Origin: Moniliella sp. 'wahieum'
Lineage: Eukaryota
Length of the DNA stretch: 64,000 nucleotides
Direction: 5' to 3'
Assembly (NCBI GenBank): GCA_003971905.1
Contig: RSEE01000160.1
Coordinates: 1 to 64,000 of the forward strand
The position numbers and the translations under genes are program-made. The notes below the pieces were generated by a model. That model saw nothing but the letters and a program-made list of their open reading frames with translations, was not told the DNA's origin and did no database searches. Below, in pieces: positions 51,231 to 63,837 of the stretch. Every line of letters begins with the position of its first letter. The stretch's first letter is position 1.

Positions 51231-54200
51231 ATGCCCCCTCGCCGCCGACGCTCGCCCGGCCCTCGGCTCAGCCGCGGCGGCCGCAGCGCGCCGTCGCTCG
51301 CCTCGTCTGGGCCACCCTCGCCGCCCTCGTCTTCGTCCTGCTCATCGTCCGCCCCACCCGCGCCGCCTCGCCCTTCTCCTTCGACGACGACGACGACGCT
51401 GGGATGACGACGACGCCCCGCGCACCGCCGCCCCCCCGCCTGGCCCCACACCGCGTCCGCCGCCGCCGCCCACACGCGCAAAGCAGCTCCTCTGGGGCTC
51501 CTACCGCCCCCAAAACTACTTTGGCTTCCGCCCGCGCCTGCCCGAGTCGCTCTTCATGGGCCTGGCCTGGACCGACGCCAGCTCGTACCAGGGCCTCGGC
51601 CAGCTCCGCCACGCCACCAACGATCAGCAGCAAGTCCGCTACGCCTGGACGCGCCATGACGGCCGTACCTTTGGCGAGGAGCGCATCATCGACCCCGCGA
51701 CCAACATTGGCTTCAACGTCTCCTTTGTCAAGCAGCTGCTCGATGCCGATCACCTTCCCGGTGGCGGATCGTGGGCCGTGCGCGTCAAGGGCAAAGCCAT
51801 CGATTCCTCTCGTCCCGCTCAGGCTTCCTTCTTCTCTTACTTTGGCACCGAATCTCCCGACACCATCCTCGACTTTAATCCCGACACGGCCACCGCGCCC
51901 TCGCGGGGGTTCCCTCTGCACCAGCCCATCCAGCTCACCGGTACTTCCCCTGAACTGGGCGAGTTTGGCATCCGGATTGTCCACCCCACCGCTGCGACCT
52001 CAACGAGGACAACAATGTCGTGCTCAACAAGGGCGTCACGGGGCCCGGGGCCGACCTCAAGCCGACCAAGGTCGAAGAGACAGCCTACTTTTCTGCGCCC
52101 TTGCCCCATGCCGAAACTGGCGCGTGACAAGTGTGCTCCAGAACAGCCTGGCGATGGCCATGCAAGGTGCCTTGGAAGCTGCCATTCCTGGTCTGGGGCA
52201 ACAGGCTCGGGAGGACCAAGCGCGATGCGATGATTGAGTGGGACACCCATGGCCTACCGCATCCGGGCGTCGCGGGGCGCCTGCCCAACCTGGTCGCGCC
52301 AGGCGAACCAACCTTGACTGCGCTGCAGACCACGTACGAGCTCAACCCTTCCAAAGCCCGGGGTGCCACGACGCACGATGCCGACGCTGACGCCGACGCG
52401 CAGCACGTGTTTGCCTTTGACATTTTCTTTGATTCGCCCACGTCGGGGCCCAAGTTGACCTCTGCCCAACTTACGCGCGCATTGGACGATGCGCGGGAGA
52501 GCTTTGACCGGTCCTTTGCCACTGCGCTCCCGCTTCAGCACATCTCCGACTCGGAGGAGGCCAAGGCAGTGGATCAGGCATTTGCGCGCGAACTTGTCTC
52601 GTCCGTCTTGGGTGGGGTGGGATACTTTTATGGAACGGCGGTGGTGGACCGATCGCTCAGCGTGTCGGAAAGTGATACGGGCGATGAGGCTGCTGTTGAG
52701 GGCGATGGCCAGCCCATCGACCTGGATGCTGTGGACAATCTTCGTGCGTCCCGCAAGGCCGAGGCGGAGGAAGAAGACGAAGACGATTCGCCCATCCGGC
52801 GCGAGGGGCCTTACTCTCACCTCCGGCACCCCAGGACGCAGTTTCTTCCCACGTGGTTTCTACTGGGACGAAGGTTTCCACCTCCCGGCCATTAGCGTGT
52901 TGGACCCCGAGTTGGGTCTCGAGATCCTCCACGACTGGTTCTCGGCCGCCGATGACGACGGTTGGATCCCACGCGAGATGGCGCTCGGGACCGAGTCCGA
53001 GTCGCGTGTGCCTGCTGAATTCCTGCGCCAAGACCGGCCCACGCCAACCCGCCTACCCCGATCCTTGCGCTGCGTCTTGTGATTGACCGGCTCGGCCTGG
53101 GGCTCGACGCTAGCGTGGGCGGCGACAACCAGACGACGGTTCCTGTGCCGCACGCTGCGTGGGACTGGGACGCATCCCAAGTCCCTCTGGGCCAGACGGG
53201 CAACGCATCTGCCGACGCCGAGACGGACAAGCTGCGTCGTGCCGCGCTGGAACGGCTGGCCGAGTTCTACCCTACGCTCAAACGCCATTACGGCTGGTTC
53301 TGTCGGTCGCAGTTTGGCCTTGCCACCGCCGGTGGACGCACGCCCACGTCCGAGCTGCCCACCACGGGCTCAGGCGAGCCGGGGCAGTGCGCTGCCGCGT
53401 TCCGGTGGCGTGGCCGCTCACGTTCGGGCCATGTGTTGCGTCGGGACTGGACGATTACCCACGTGCGTCGGTGCCGCAACGGGCGAACTGCATGTGGACT
53501 TGCACGCTTGGATGGCCGCGTTTGCGCGCAACATGGCCTACGTGGCCAACGTCTTGGCGCACCATGCTGTCCCCGTGCCGGGGGAGGCGCCGGCGAAGGA
53601 TGCGCGGCCTTCGCGACCGACTTTGAACGGCTGCAGAGAAGAACTTGGATGGTACGTTGTCTTGTTCCCTTTTTGTGTTTGCATCGGGGCATGTGGTGCG
53701 TGCGCGCGGTCGTGGACGTGGACGGGAGTAGACGCTGACGCTGAGCTTCTGTGTGCTGCCGACAGCGCTGCACTGGTCGGAGGCGCACCAGGCATACTGC
53801 GACCTGACCATCACGGGCGGGCAGAGCGTGGCCGAGTGCCACGAGGGCTACGTGCCGCTGCTGCCGCTGTTCCTCGGCATCCTCGACCCGGCGAGCGAGC
53901 GGGTGGGGGCGCTGCTGGAGGTGCTGGGGGACGAGAAGGCGGTGTGGTCGGCGCACGGCGTGCGCAGCCTTTCCAAGCGCGACGCTGCGTACGGCACGGG
54001 CGAGGACTACTGGCGCGGGCCAGTGTGGATGCCGCTCAACTACTCGCTGGGCGCGCTGAAGCGCTACGCGTCCGTCGCGGGGCCGCACCAGACGCGTGCC
54101 GCCGACCTGTACGCGCGGCTGCGCTCCAACGTCGTGCGCACCGTCCAGACCGAGTATGTGCGCACGGGCTACACCTGGGAGCAGTACCACCCCGACACGG

Positions 54201-54282
54201 GCCATGGCCAGCGCTCCCACCCCTTCACGGCTGGACCGCCCTGGTCGCCCTCGCGCTCGGCGAGGTGTACTTTAGCACCTGA
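51231..54282 (+). CDS. CWH41: Mannosyl-oligosaccharide glucosidase (glucosidase I, GH63)
   Basis: LLWGSYRPQNYFG, RSFFPRGFYWDEGFH, GWIPRE, SGLDDYPR, YWRGPVWMPLNY and WEQY...GQRSHPF.GWT. N-terminal TM segment. Confidence 0.95.
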
Positions 54283-54604
54283 GCAATCCATCCATCCTGC
54301 CCATCGCCCTCGCGGCCCTCCTGCTCTTGCCCCGCGCTGTCCCGCTGCTGTAGATGCTAGACCGCCCCATGGCCCCGGCGCCACAGAGCACGGTGTTGAC
54401 GTAGTTCCCCCCGCCGATCGCACGCTTGCACGAAGAGGGCCGAGCGCCCGTCGCGTGACGTGTGAGGTGTGAGGCGTGAGGTGTGAGGGTGTCCCAGATC
54501 AAAAATTTACCTGCCAGCGCCAGAAGACGCCGACGCCACTGTCACCACTACCGCCACCAAAACTACCAACCACCACCACCACCACCCGGCCGGCCCCGAC
54601 CACC

Positions 54605-57600
54605 ATGGCCGCCGCGCGCCCTCCGCCACCGACCCCAGCCCATCTACCGCGCTCCCTCCGCCCGGGCCCGCCGTCGCCGGCACCACGTTCTTGCCCACAC
54701 CTTCCCCCGCCTCTGCCCTCACCTCGTCCCCCACCTCGTCCCTGATCCTCCACCTGCGCCTGTGCCTCCGCCACCCGTATCTCCGCCTCAAGCAGATCAG
54801 CCGCCGCCTTCTTGCCGGCCTCAAGCGCAAAAGGTCCACTGCCGCCACCAAGAAGTCACGGCCCAGGCTTCCACCTGTGCCTCCGCCGCCGCCGCCCGCC
54901 GCCGCCAAGGACGAGCGAGATGTGACGCTGGCCCACGTCCAGGCGCTTTGGCACCTCCCACCAGGCCAGGCCTGGAACGATGGGCTTGAGCCTCGCGCCC
55001 TCGCCTCCTGGGGACGAGGGGATAGAGGTGGAGGTGGCGTTGGCCAGCTTGGACCGGTCCAGGTTGATGGCGACCGCACCACCCGTCCCATCACCAACAT
55101 CCTTTATATCTATACTACCGGCGGTGCGCCTTTCCTTATTGCGTCCCTCGCGACTCTTCCATTGGACCCTACCGGTCCCGGATCCAGCAGCCCCAATGGT
55201 CCTTGGCTCCACTCTGCCGCCCGTCTGGCCCGGTCGCGTCATATTTCCCTCCAGGCTCAGCTGCGCATCGAGCGTCTCCCACCAGACGAGGACCCGGTAC
55301 CCCCCAGTGTGCCTTGCTTGCCGACCGTGCTCTGGCTCCTTCGTTTCAGCTGCGGCTCCAACTTTGTATCCACCTTGCCAGTCCAGCTTTCCATCCATCT
55401 TACCATGTCCACACGGCCAGCGACTTTGCCGAGCTGCTCCGCTTCGCCTCGCCCTCTCCCGCCCACGAGGTCGAAGAAGCGGACCCGGAGCAGGCGGCCA
55501 CGGCTGACGAGTTCCTTGCCCTTCTCCGCTCGCAGGGAAACAGGTTACGCCAAATGCGGCCGGACGCATCCTGGGTCTATCATGCACTGCGACATCCCCA
55601 GCCGCAAGAGGAGGATCATCTTCTCGCCCACACCCCTTGTCCGACGCTGCCTTACTTCCTTACCAGCAGCGTACCCTTAGTTTTCTGTTGGGGAGAGAGG
55701 GGATGCGTGTACGCCCCCGCACCGATGCAAGTCATGTCCCGCCCAAGATGGAAGACATCGCCCTTCCTTCTGGTGACTTGCCCCACCTGCCGAGTCCGAG
55801 CGAGTCATATCTGCGCCCTCTGCGGGCACAGAGACGGGGGGTGCGGGCGTGTTGGTTCCGTTGGCCGCAGGTGCTTCCGACCCCAGGTAATGACTACCTA
55901 TGGCCCTAATCGTCTGGGCATGTGGTGGGACGAGGTGGGGTTGGATTCCTTGCGGAGCCCCCTGTACTTTAACACTGTCTATGGCTATTTCACCTTGGAC
56001 CCAGCCAGTGCTGCGGGGCAAGACGTCAAGGCCAGTCTGCTAGCCGAGGAGATGGGGTTGGGCAAGACGGTGGAACTGTTATCGTTGATTCTGTGGCACG
56101 CAGCTCCGCGCCCGTGGCGGGACCAACCAGCGTACCACAGCGACCGGTTGCAAGCGACTGTGACGCCGTCCAAAGCGACGCTCATCGTGGTCCCCGAGAC
56201 GTTGCGGGAACAGTGGTTGGATGAGGTGAGGCGACACGCACCGGCATTGAAGGTCTACTCGTTTGAAACCAGTGTCCAAGCGGAGAAGGTGGCGCAGCAG
56301 ATCGGCTACACCCCCTTAGCCTGAGCGATGGAACGACACAAAGTGCTTGGGACCAGTACGCCCAGACGCTGGATGTGGTGATCACCACTTTCCACAAACT
56401 CAGTGCTGAGATTCACAAGGCGCGTGCCGAGCGGCCGCGCAGCCGCCGGACCGAGCGGAAGTACCCCCGACCGCGCTCGGGCTTGGTCACAGTACGTTGG
56501 TGGCGCGTGGCCGTGGACGAGGTGCAGTTGCTTGGCGGCGCGAGCCAGGCGTTCGCGACGGCCGCTCTGTTACCACGAGAGATGGGCGTGTGTGTGTCGG
56601 GCACGCCGGTGCAGTCGATCAAAGACCTAGAGGCCTGCTTGACCTTTCTGCGTGTTCCGGGCCTTGCCTGGCCCGAGGAAGGCGACACGACGCAACTCGG
56701 CCCCGTGACGGGCGCTGCTTCGTGGATGTTGGATCGGCGGATGAAGCCACAGCTTATGCGGTTGCTCGCTTGGATTGGTGTTCGTCACACTAAGAAGGAC
56801 GTGCAAGCCGAGATGGTCCTGCCACCTCAAACGCGGCGATTGATGCCGGTAGAGATGACCCGGGTCGAACGGGCATTTTACCACGACATGTTTCGACGAA
56901 GTAAGTGGTTCGTCTAGTAGCATGTCGACTGCCTGTACTGACTGTTGCCCTCCCTGAAGCGATGGAAGACCTGGGCCTGGCGGATCTGGGATGGACGAGA
57001 CACTGGCGCGTGTCTGGTCCGGGGAAGAGTCGTTGACCGTTGAACTAAGTGACTTGGTGCGTCGCTTGCGACAGGCGTGCACCCACCCCCAAGTGGTGGC
57101 CCGACCTAACCTAGGTGCATTGTGGAACCTACGGCTGCGGAGCATCGATGATGTGTTGGTGCTCATGGTTGAGCAGGGGCACAATGAGCGGGTCAATGCC
57201 ACCCTGCTCAACTTCCAAAGGAAGATCACCCGAGCCTCTCTCATCCTCCAGAACGTGGAGAACGAAAACCGTCTATTGGAAGCCCAAGGACTTTTGGGCG
57301 ACGTGGCGGACCAGCTGACAGAGTCAATTGAGGGTCTGGTGCACGAGGCCCATCGAGCTCATTTGGTCGGGCCGTTGTACAAGTTTACAGAGGAGACATT
57401 GGCGCATGCCTTGCGTTCCCAAAAAGGTGAACCGGACCAGGAGGGAAACGAAATGATTGGGAACGAGGAAGAGCATCATATGGCCGATCAGCTCAAGGCA
57501 CGCTCACATTACCTCAGTACCACTCGGGATCGCATCCTACGCTATCGTGAGCAGCTTCATCGTGTCTACCAGTTCCTGGGCAACACGTACTTCCAGCTCG

Positions 57601-59880
57601 GCGAAGCTTGGCACAAGAAACAGCAGTCTCAGGGGGTAGGAGGCTCAGTCGATCACAACCCGACTGTAACTAAGAGTGAGGGAGACAGCAGCGGCCCAGA
57701 TCCACCTGTCGAAGTCGCTGCAGGACTGGACCTGGTGGCACAGACCCGATCTGCGGAAGCGAGCCCAATCAAGTCGGAGTCGCTTCCCCCGCACGCAATG
57801 GAGAACGCGAATCCGTACAAGGCTGACGAGGATTATATGTACCAACAAGCCGAACAGATCCGCCGCATTTTGCTCAGCGAGGCGAGTGACTTGGTCGACA
57901 AGGCAGTCGAGAACATTTTCCCAGCGTCGCATGGACCGGCAACAGGCGTCGTCGGCACCGTACCATCAGAATGGCTTGTGGCCGAAGTGGAGGCGACGCA
58001 AGCAGTGCCCATGATGGGGCGGGCTTGGGTCACGATGTACCATCGGTGGATTGGCGTGGCGAACAAGCAAGCCAAATGTCTCCTCCGTTGGCGGCAGGAG
58101 ATTTACCATCGGATCAGCCAGGCGGTCAATCGCGAGGTCGATCTCGAAAATCAAGACGATGACCAATTTGCCGAGAACTTGGATCGACAACATGAGGCCG
58201 AGGCCTACCTCGATATGTACCGCGTCTTGTTGGCTGAACGCGAGTACCTGCTCACGGGGGTGGATGTAGTGGGAGCACGCCACCGTCCCTTGCTCTTCCA
58301 CCAGCTTGAGACGAAAGTGTTTCAACAACGTTGGGCGCGCCTGAACCAGCCGGAGATGACTGAGGCAGAGGAAGCCGAGGGCGAAGCTGCCCGACAGCAG
58401 TTGCGCGTTTTTCAACGCCTCGACGCGGAGCTAAAGGAGGTTATTCTTCCCCCGATGGTTCGCCCTCTTCGCCACATTGGAAGTGAGTTGCGCGGGGCAA
58501 TTGACCGTTCTCTGGCGTCCATGGATGCCCAGCTGATTGCTTCTGTTCAATCATCCATTCGCACCGTGCTGGCAGATCAGGGTAAGCTAGTGGAGCGAGC
58601 CAAGCGAGATTCAGCGCTCTTGATGGCCATTTACAATGCCCGTTCGACGTACTTTAAACGGATCCAGCAGCTGTCTGATACCGTGGCGGATGTGGCGGGT
58701 GAAAGATGTGCCGCGGGCAATCCAGGCGAGCATAAGGAAGAACGGGTAGCAGCCAAAGAATTGGCCGGCCTCATCGCCCGCGTTCGCTACCTCGAGCACC
58801 TATTGTCCGCCCAAACGAGTGGTACGCACCAAGGAGGATCCTCCCACGTACCCGAGTGCATTGTCTGTACCGAACGGATTTTCGGTGTTCTGCTACAAGC
58901 GTGTGGCCACGTTTTCTGTGAAGACTGTTTCCACGAATGGACCAAACGGAGATGGACATGCCCAGTATGTCGTACGAAGCTTGGCCGTGGGTCGGATCAG
59001 CTGCATCGCGTCTCGTATCATGTCGAGGAGAACGAGGAAGGAGCGTCAGGGCCCATGTCAAAAGTTCTGGACCAGACTTCGGTTGTGCTCGGGTTGAACC
59101 GTTCCAGGGGCGCGCAAGCCCCGGTTCCAGGGTTCTCGACTACCATTGTGCCAGGCGCACGGCATGTTAACCTGGATACGATGAACGTCATTACCGCCTC
59201 GCAACGGTTTGATTCTGGAGACGTCGGTGGTGGGCAGCCAAGGAAGCAAAATTGACCTGTTGGTCCGTCACCTACGACACATCATCCTCCACTCTACGGA
59301 CAAGGCACTGGTGTTTAGTAACTTTGCACGGGCCTGGATATGGTGGGGGATGCGTTGGCCCAGAACCAGATCCCCTTTGTTCGCTCGGATGTGGCAGGGG
59401 TACGAGGCGTGGGGGTGCCCGTACACTTGCTCGCCAAGGCGCCCGAGGGACTGGGACCAAACATTGTGCCTCGGTCTTTCAGAACGACGCGACGGTGCGT
59501 GTGTTTCTTCTGCATGCCGACTCGCAAGCGAGCGGACTCAACTTGACTGCTGCCACGCATGTCTTCCTCCTGGCTCCCTTGGCCAATAAGGGCATGGAGA
59601 TGCAGGCCATCGGACGGGTGCATCGCATCGGCCAGACCAAGCCCACCCACGTGTGGGGTACTTTGTCCTAGACTCGGTCGAAGAGACGCTGCTTCACCTC
59701 ACAGCTCAGCAAGGCCACTCGATTTTTTCCAAAGACCCCGACTTGGCAACCGCGACGGAAGAGGAGAGCGGCGCGGGCACAGTTGCCATGCCGGCTAGGA
59801 AAGATAAAGGCGGCGACTTGGTAACTTCACGGGACGATTTGATCGCTTGCCTCTTCCCCCGCTCCTTGCCAGAACCGTGA
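54605..59880 (+). CDS. SNF2-family helicase / RING E3 ligase (IRC20/SHPRH-like)
   Basis: LLPYQQR, LAEEMGLGKTVE, TLIVVP, WWRVAVDEVQ, VSGTP, RLRQACTHPQV, RING CIVC...CGHVFC..C...CPVCR, KALVFS, SGLNL and QAIGRVHRIGQ. Confidence 0.9.
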
Positions 59881-61430
59881 GGAATGGCTATTGTATCAAT
59901 TGCTTCTATTATCGTCAGTGACCCAAAACGATGGATGGGGGCAATCCATTTTTGTTGAGGGAGGGAGGAAAGAAGGGCAGGCATCGTGCAAATTCGGATT
60001 GATGATGTGTGAACTAAAAGAGGAACGCCGATAGCGGAGGGAGGGGTCAAGTTTCTGCCCTTTCAATCCCCCCCATCCGGTCGGGGCAGCCTCAGAGACG
60101 AGATACCTTCGAATTTAGCCCTCCGTAGCCACTGCAATGATCACCTGCAGCTCGATGCGACGGCTACTGGGCCATAGTAAACCTGCTAGTAAAAGGCAGA
60201 CGGTTACCGAGCCAGACTGCCGCAGTGGGGCACTGGGTTAATCAGGCCGAATAGCGCAGCTGGCCTGTCCTCTGGTGCCTGCCTCTAGCCGACCGGTCCT
60301 GCCCTCTGGTGCTTCCCTCAGAGAGACGCCTGGACCCTTGCGCTCAGGCTTAGTTGGCCACTGTACTGTCGAGCTCGTCTGCTCTCTGGCGCTTCGCACT
60401 TAGAGAGCCAACACTGGCTATCACCCTTAGTTAGTCAATGTACTGCCGAGCACTTAGTCACTGTATACTGCCGAGCTGGTCTGCTCGGCAGCGCTTCGCA
60501 CTGAGACCCCCCCCTGCCCCATCACCCCGTCCCCCTTTCACTGTCCGTGCATAGCTTCTGCCGTACGTGCTCATTCTTTCTTGCGCAACAGCGCGCCGTT
60601 GCTGACCTGGCCCTGCCGCCTGTATACACACCCCCTCGCGGGCCATCTTGTCCTCGTTTCATCTGGTCCGCTTCCTCAGCATTCCCCTCACTTCTGCTGA
60701 TCTTGTGGGTCGCATACGTGATAAGAATGCGCCGTCTCGCTCGCCTTCGACCCACCCTTGTCCGTCTGCTCACTTTGGCTGTCTTGCTCACATGGTTTGC
60801 CTCGCCTCTGGCCCTCTCGCTTGGCTGGGTCTGCCTTGCCATCGTACGTCCCCCGTACTTCGGGGTTGGAGTTATCCTGCCGCTGACACTGGGCCCAGCT
60901 GCTGCATGCACGGAATCCCACGGTTGGGCCGTCTCGCCTTGTTCGCCTCGACTCATCTGACCTGTTTCGCCGTCGTACGTCCCATCTGTCATATGCCGAC
61001 GCTGTTCCTGACCTCGTCCGCCCTACCCGTGTACATTCCGACTTCATCCCGCTTGTCCTCGCTATACTGGCTGACTTGATCGGCCCCTGAGTCCGTCGCA
61101 CATCTTCTGTATCTCTCGCTAGCCCTCTGTGCTGATGACTTGGCCAGCTTCTCTCCCTAGTGTGCGCTCCCCTAACACTAACCTACCACTTGCTGTGCAG
61201 CTCACTACTCTACCACGTTGTGGTGCTTCCGTCTCACATCGCATCTAACCGTGATGGTTACCGTGTAATCGCCTTCCCAGCGATCTTCGAATGCATTCTC
61301 TATATCTACAAAAATAACTGCCCTGCCTGTAAATTTCTACTAGTTCTGCATCGATGCCAGCCCCAACCAGCCAGCCGATTAGCGAGCCTACAAGCACGCA
61401 TCCAATCAACAGCTAAGCGTTTGGGCGCAT

Positions 61431-61508
61431 GTGGCCAAAGCGCTTGACCACACGTGGCCAAAGCCCTTGCTTCATGTGGCCAAAGGGCTTAACATGAGGT
61501 GGCCAAAG
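61431..61508. repeat. 4x GTGGCCAAAG direct repeat, 22-23 nt period
   Basis: Exact decamer at 61431, 61454, 61476 and 61499. Confidence 0.9.
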
Positions 61509-61624
61509 TGTCCAAACCTCCATCAGGAGAGTTAATTCATTTTTGGCTGATGAAGCAACATATTAACTTTTCATGACCGCCCGTGGATGATTCATCTGGC
61601 TACTCCAATATATCTGCAGTCATG

Positions 61625-62180
61625 CAGTGGTCTCCAACAGACCACAGTTTGTCCACTTACATTGCATAGTTCGCGGGCCTAATAGTAGTTTGCCTGTCTA
61701 AGTATATACTAAAAGACCCTTCTGTACTAAGTAAGAATGTATTGGAGGAAAGCGACCAAACGTCTTGTCCTATGTCCCCGCTCAACTTCGGCCTCGTTTG
61801 GACTCGGCTTGGAAACGCTATTCTACAGGCAAAGCATAGGGGCGACGACTCTTTATTTGGTACGAAAAGCGACGCCTCAGACCGACGTCTGGTCCCCTTT
61901 TGCCCGACGAGCCAGAGGACGGGCTCCCTCACGGCCCTCGCTCAGGCAAGGTTGTCTTCGTCCAAGACGCTACACCGGTACACGTTCCACCGTTATCACT
62001 GCTGGGTGGACATGCCGCGACAATTGTGTGTTTGCAGTTGCCCCCCCAAACCACACCATCCAACCCCAACCCCACTCTCCTTGATATCTGCGGTTTCACA
62101 AAGGTAACTAGTATGGCCGCCCAGCAGCTCCATGCGAAAACTGAGAGTTGGCCGTTCCCTATGAAAACAGGGTGGTGCAC
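61625..62180 (-). mobile_element. Degenerate Tc1/mariner-like transposon 3' end
   Basis: A CAGTG-starting TIR-like end CAGTGGTCTCCAAC lies at 61625. The minus-strand ORF stops next to it (61657) and contains PKLSGDIGQDVWSL, resembling SPDLNPIENVW. Upstream fragments include SVFAWSC and DEDN. No partner TIR was seen. Confidence 0.4.
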
Positions 62181-62609
62181 TTGTCATGTTTTTTCGGAAG
62201 GTCTCCGTTCAATCCCCACAGCCACCTGGCCCAGTGTCCCAGACGAGATCCTGGCGGTTTCAGGCCTGGACACTCGCTCTGACGGGCTCCAGCCCGTGGC
62301 GAACAGGGGTATATAGATCTTCGGCGTTTCTCTATCGCACGCTGTGCGTGCCACGCAACATGCTTTGAAATTTGCATTCGATCGTGCACGTGAGCACTTG
62401 AGTACGTGGATGAGTGTCTGAGACACCTCGGAACCATGGCCAGAGGGGCGCAGCGCCAGTGTGGCCCCGCTAGGGTTCGCCCCCCTTGCCGCAGCAGCCC
62501 AGGCAACCCTAGCGCTGCTGGAGCGCGGGCGCCGACTGCCGCCCGCCACGCCCCATGGAGAACGCAGCGTCGCCGTCGCCGCTGCCACACCAAGACCGCA
62601 ATCGTTGAG

Positions 62610-62795
62610 GTACGCAGGATGCTCCTCCCCTCTCCTTTGCCCTCTCCCTCTCCCTCTCCCTCTCCCTCTCCCTGGCCTCGCCTTCCCGCGCGCCGTTTCG
62701 CGCTGCGAGGGGCACGGCTATTTGCGAGGGATGATGTCCGGGCGGCCCGCGCAACAGTTGGGACCAAGGAAGGAGCCATACTGACAGCTGCGTAG
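62610..62795 (+). other. Probable 5'-UTR intron of RPS1
   Basis: GTACGC donor at 62610, CTGAC branch site at 62781 and TAG acceptor ending at 62795, 12 nt before the ATG. Confidence 0.7.
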
Positions 62796-62807
62796 TGTTG
62801 ATTCAAG

Positions 62808-63590
62808 ATGGCGATTGGCAAGAATAAGAAGCTGGGCAAGAAGGGGATGAAGAAGAAGACGGTGGACCCCATGTCGCGCAAGGTGTGGCACGATATTCGT
62901 GCGCCGACCTTTTTTGACAACCGGACGGTGGGCAAGACGATTGTCAACAAGTCGCAGGGCTTGGTCAATGCCAACGATTCGCTCAAGGGCCGGATTGTCG
63001 AGGCCTCCTTGGCCGATCTCAACAAGGATGAGGAACAGTCGTTTCGGAAATTCTCGTTGCGCGTGGACGAGGTGCAGGGCCGGTCGTGCTTGACCAACTT
63101 TCACTCTATGAACTTTACCACGGACAAGATCCGTTCGTTGGTGCGCAAGTGGCAGACGACGATCGAGGCCCACCAAGACGTCAAGTTGACGGATGGGTAT
63201 GTGGTGCGTCTCTTTGTGATTGCGTTCACCAAGCGCCGTTCCAACAGCGTGAGCAAGACGACCTATGCCCAGTCGGCCCAAGTGCGCGCGATCCGGCAAA
63301 AGATGTTCCAGATCATCAAGCGCGAAATCGAAACGTGCGACATCAAGGAGCTGGTTCAAAAACTCATTCCCGAAGTCATTGGCCGTGAGATTGAAAAGTC
63401 CACCCGGGGCATTTACCCACTCAAGGACGTGTTTGTTCACAAGGTCAAGATCATCAAGAAGCCCAAGTTTGACGTGTCGCGTCTCGTTGAGCTCCACGGC
63501 GGTGCGGCCAACGTGGTGGGCGCCGAGGACTTGGGTGCCAAGGTCAAGAGCGCCGAGTTTGTCGAACCCACGCCTCTCGCTAGTGTCTAA
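62808..63590 (+). CDS. RPS1: 40S ribosomal protein eS1 (S1/S3a)
   Basis: Intact 260-aa [43 protein letters not shown] and [12 protein letters not shown]. Confidence 0.98.
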   Translation: MAIGKNKKLGKKGMKKKTVDPMSRKVWHDIRAPTFFDNRTVGKTIVNKSQGLVNANDSLKGRIVEASLADLNKDEEQSFRKFSLRVDEVQGRSCLTNFHSMNFTTDKIRSLVRKWQTTIEAHQDVKLTDGYVVRLFVIAFTKRRSNSVSKTTYAQSAQVRAIRQKMFQIIKREIETCDIKELVQKLIPEVIGREIEKSTRGIYPLKDVFVHKVKIIKKPKFDVSRLVELHGGAANVVGAEDLGAKVKSAEFVEPTPLASV

Positions 63591-63837
63591 GTGCATTGGG
63601 CTCGGTTCACTCTCTTCCTCCTTCCCAAAATAGCGCGACCCTCTCCCGAATCGAGAAATGGGCTCGCGACTGCACTGATGCCCACCACTTGCTCCTCCCA
63701 CGCCCCTCCTCCCCACCCATGCATCCATGTTGCGCTATACATATCCTTCGCTTTCCTCTGGACATAGACCTATGGAAATCCACCTCCCTAAATGGGGCAT
63801 GTAGGGACCAAGGAAGGAGTGCAATCTTCAAAACAGT

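Noticed and set aside
13066..59880. Mass pseudogenisation or programmed frameshifting of the many broken genes
   Set aside because: The breaks are 1-2 nt indels, often in homopolymers, in essential genes whose motifs remain intact. This is typical of unpolished long-read error.
61431..61508. CRISPR array
   Set aside because: The repeats are 10 nt with 12-13-nt spacers, there are no cas genes, and the context is eukaryotic.
62718..63728. Long antisense ORF over RPS1 (and other long overlapping ORFs)
   Set aside because: These are shadow ORFs expected from high GC3 codon bias and show no recognisable motifs.
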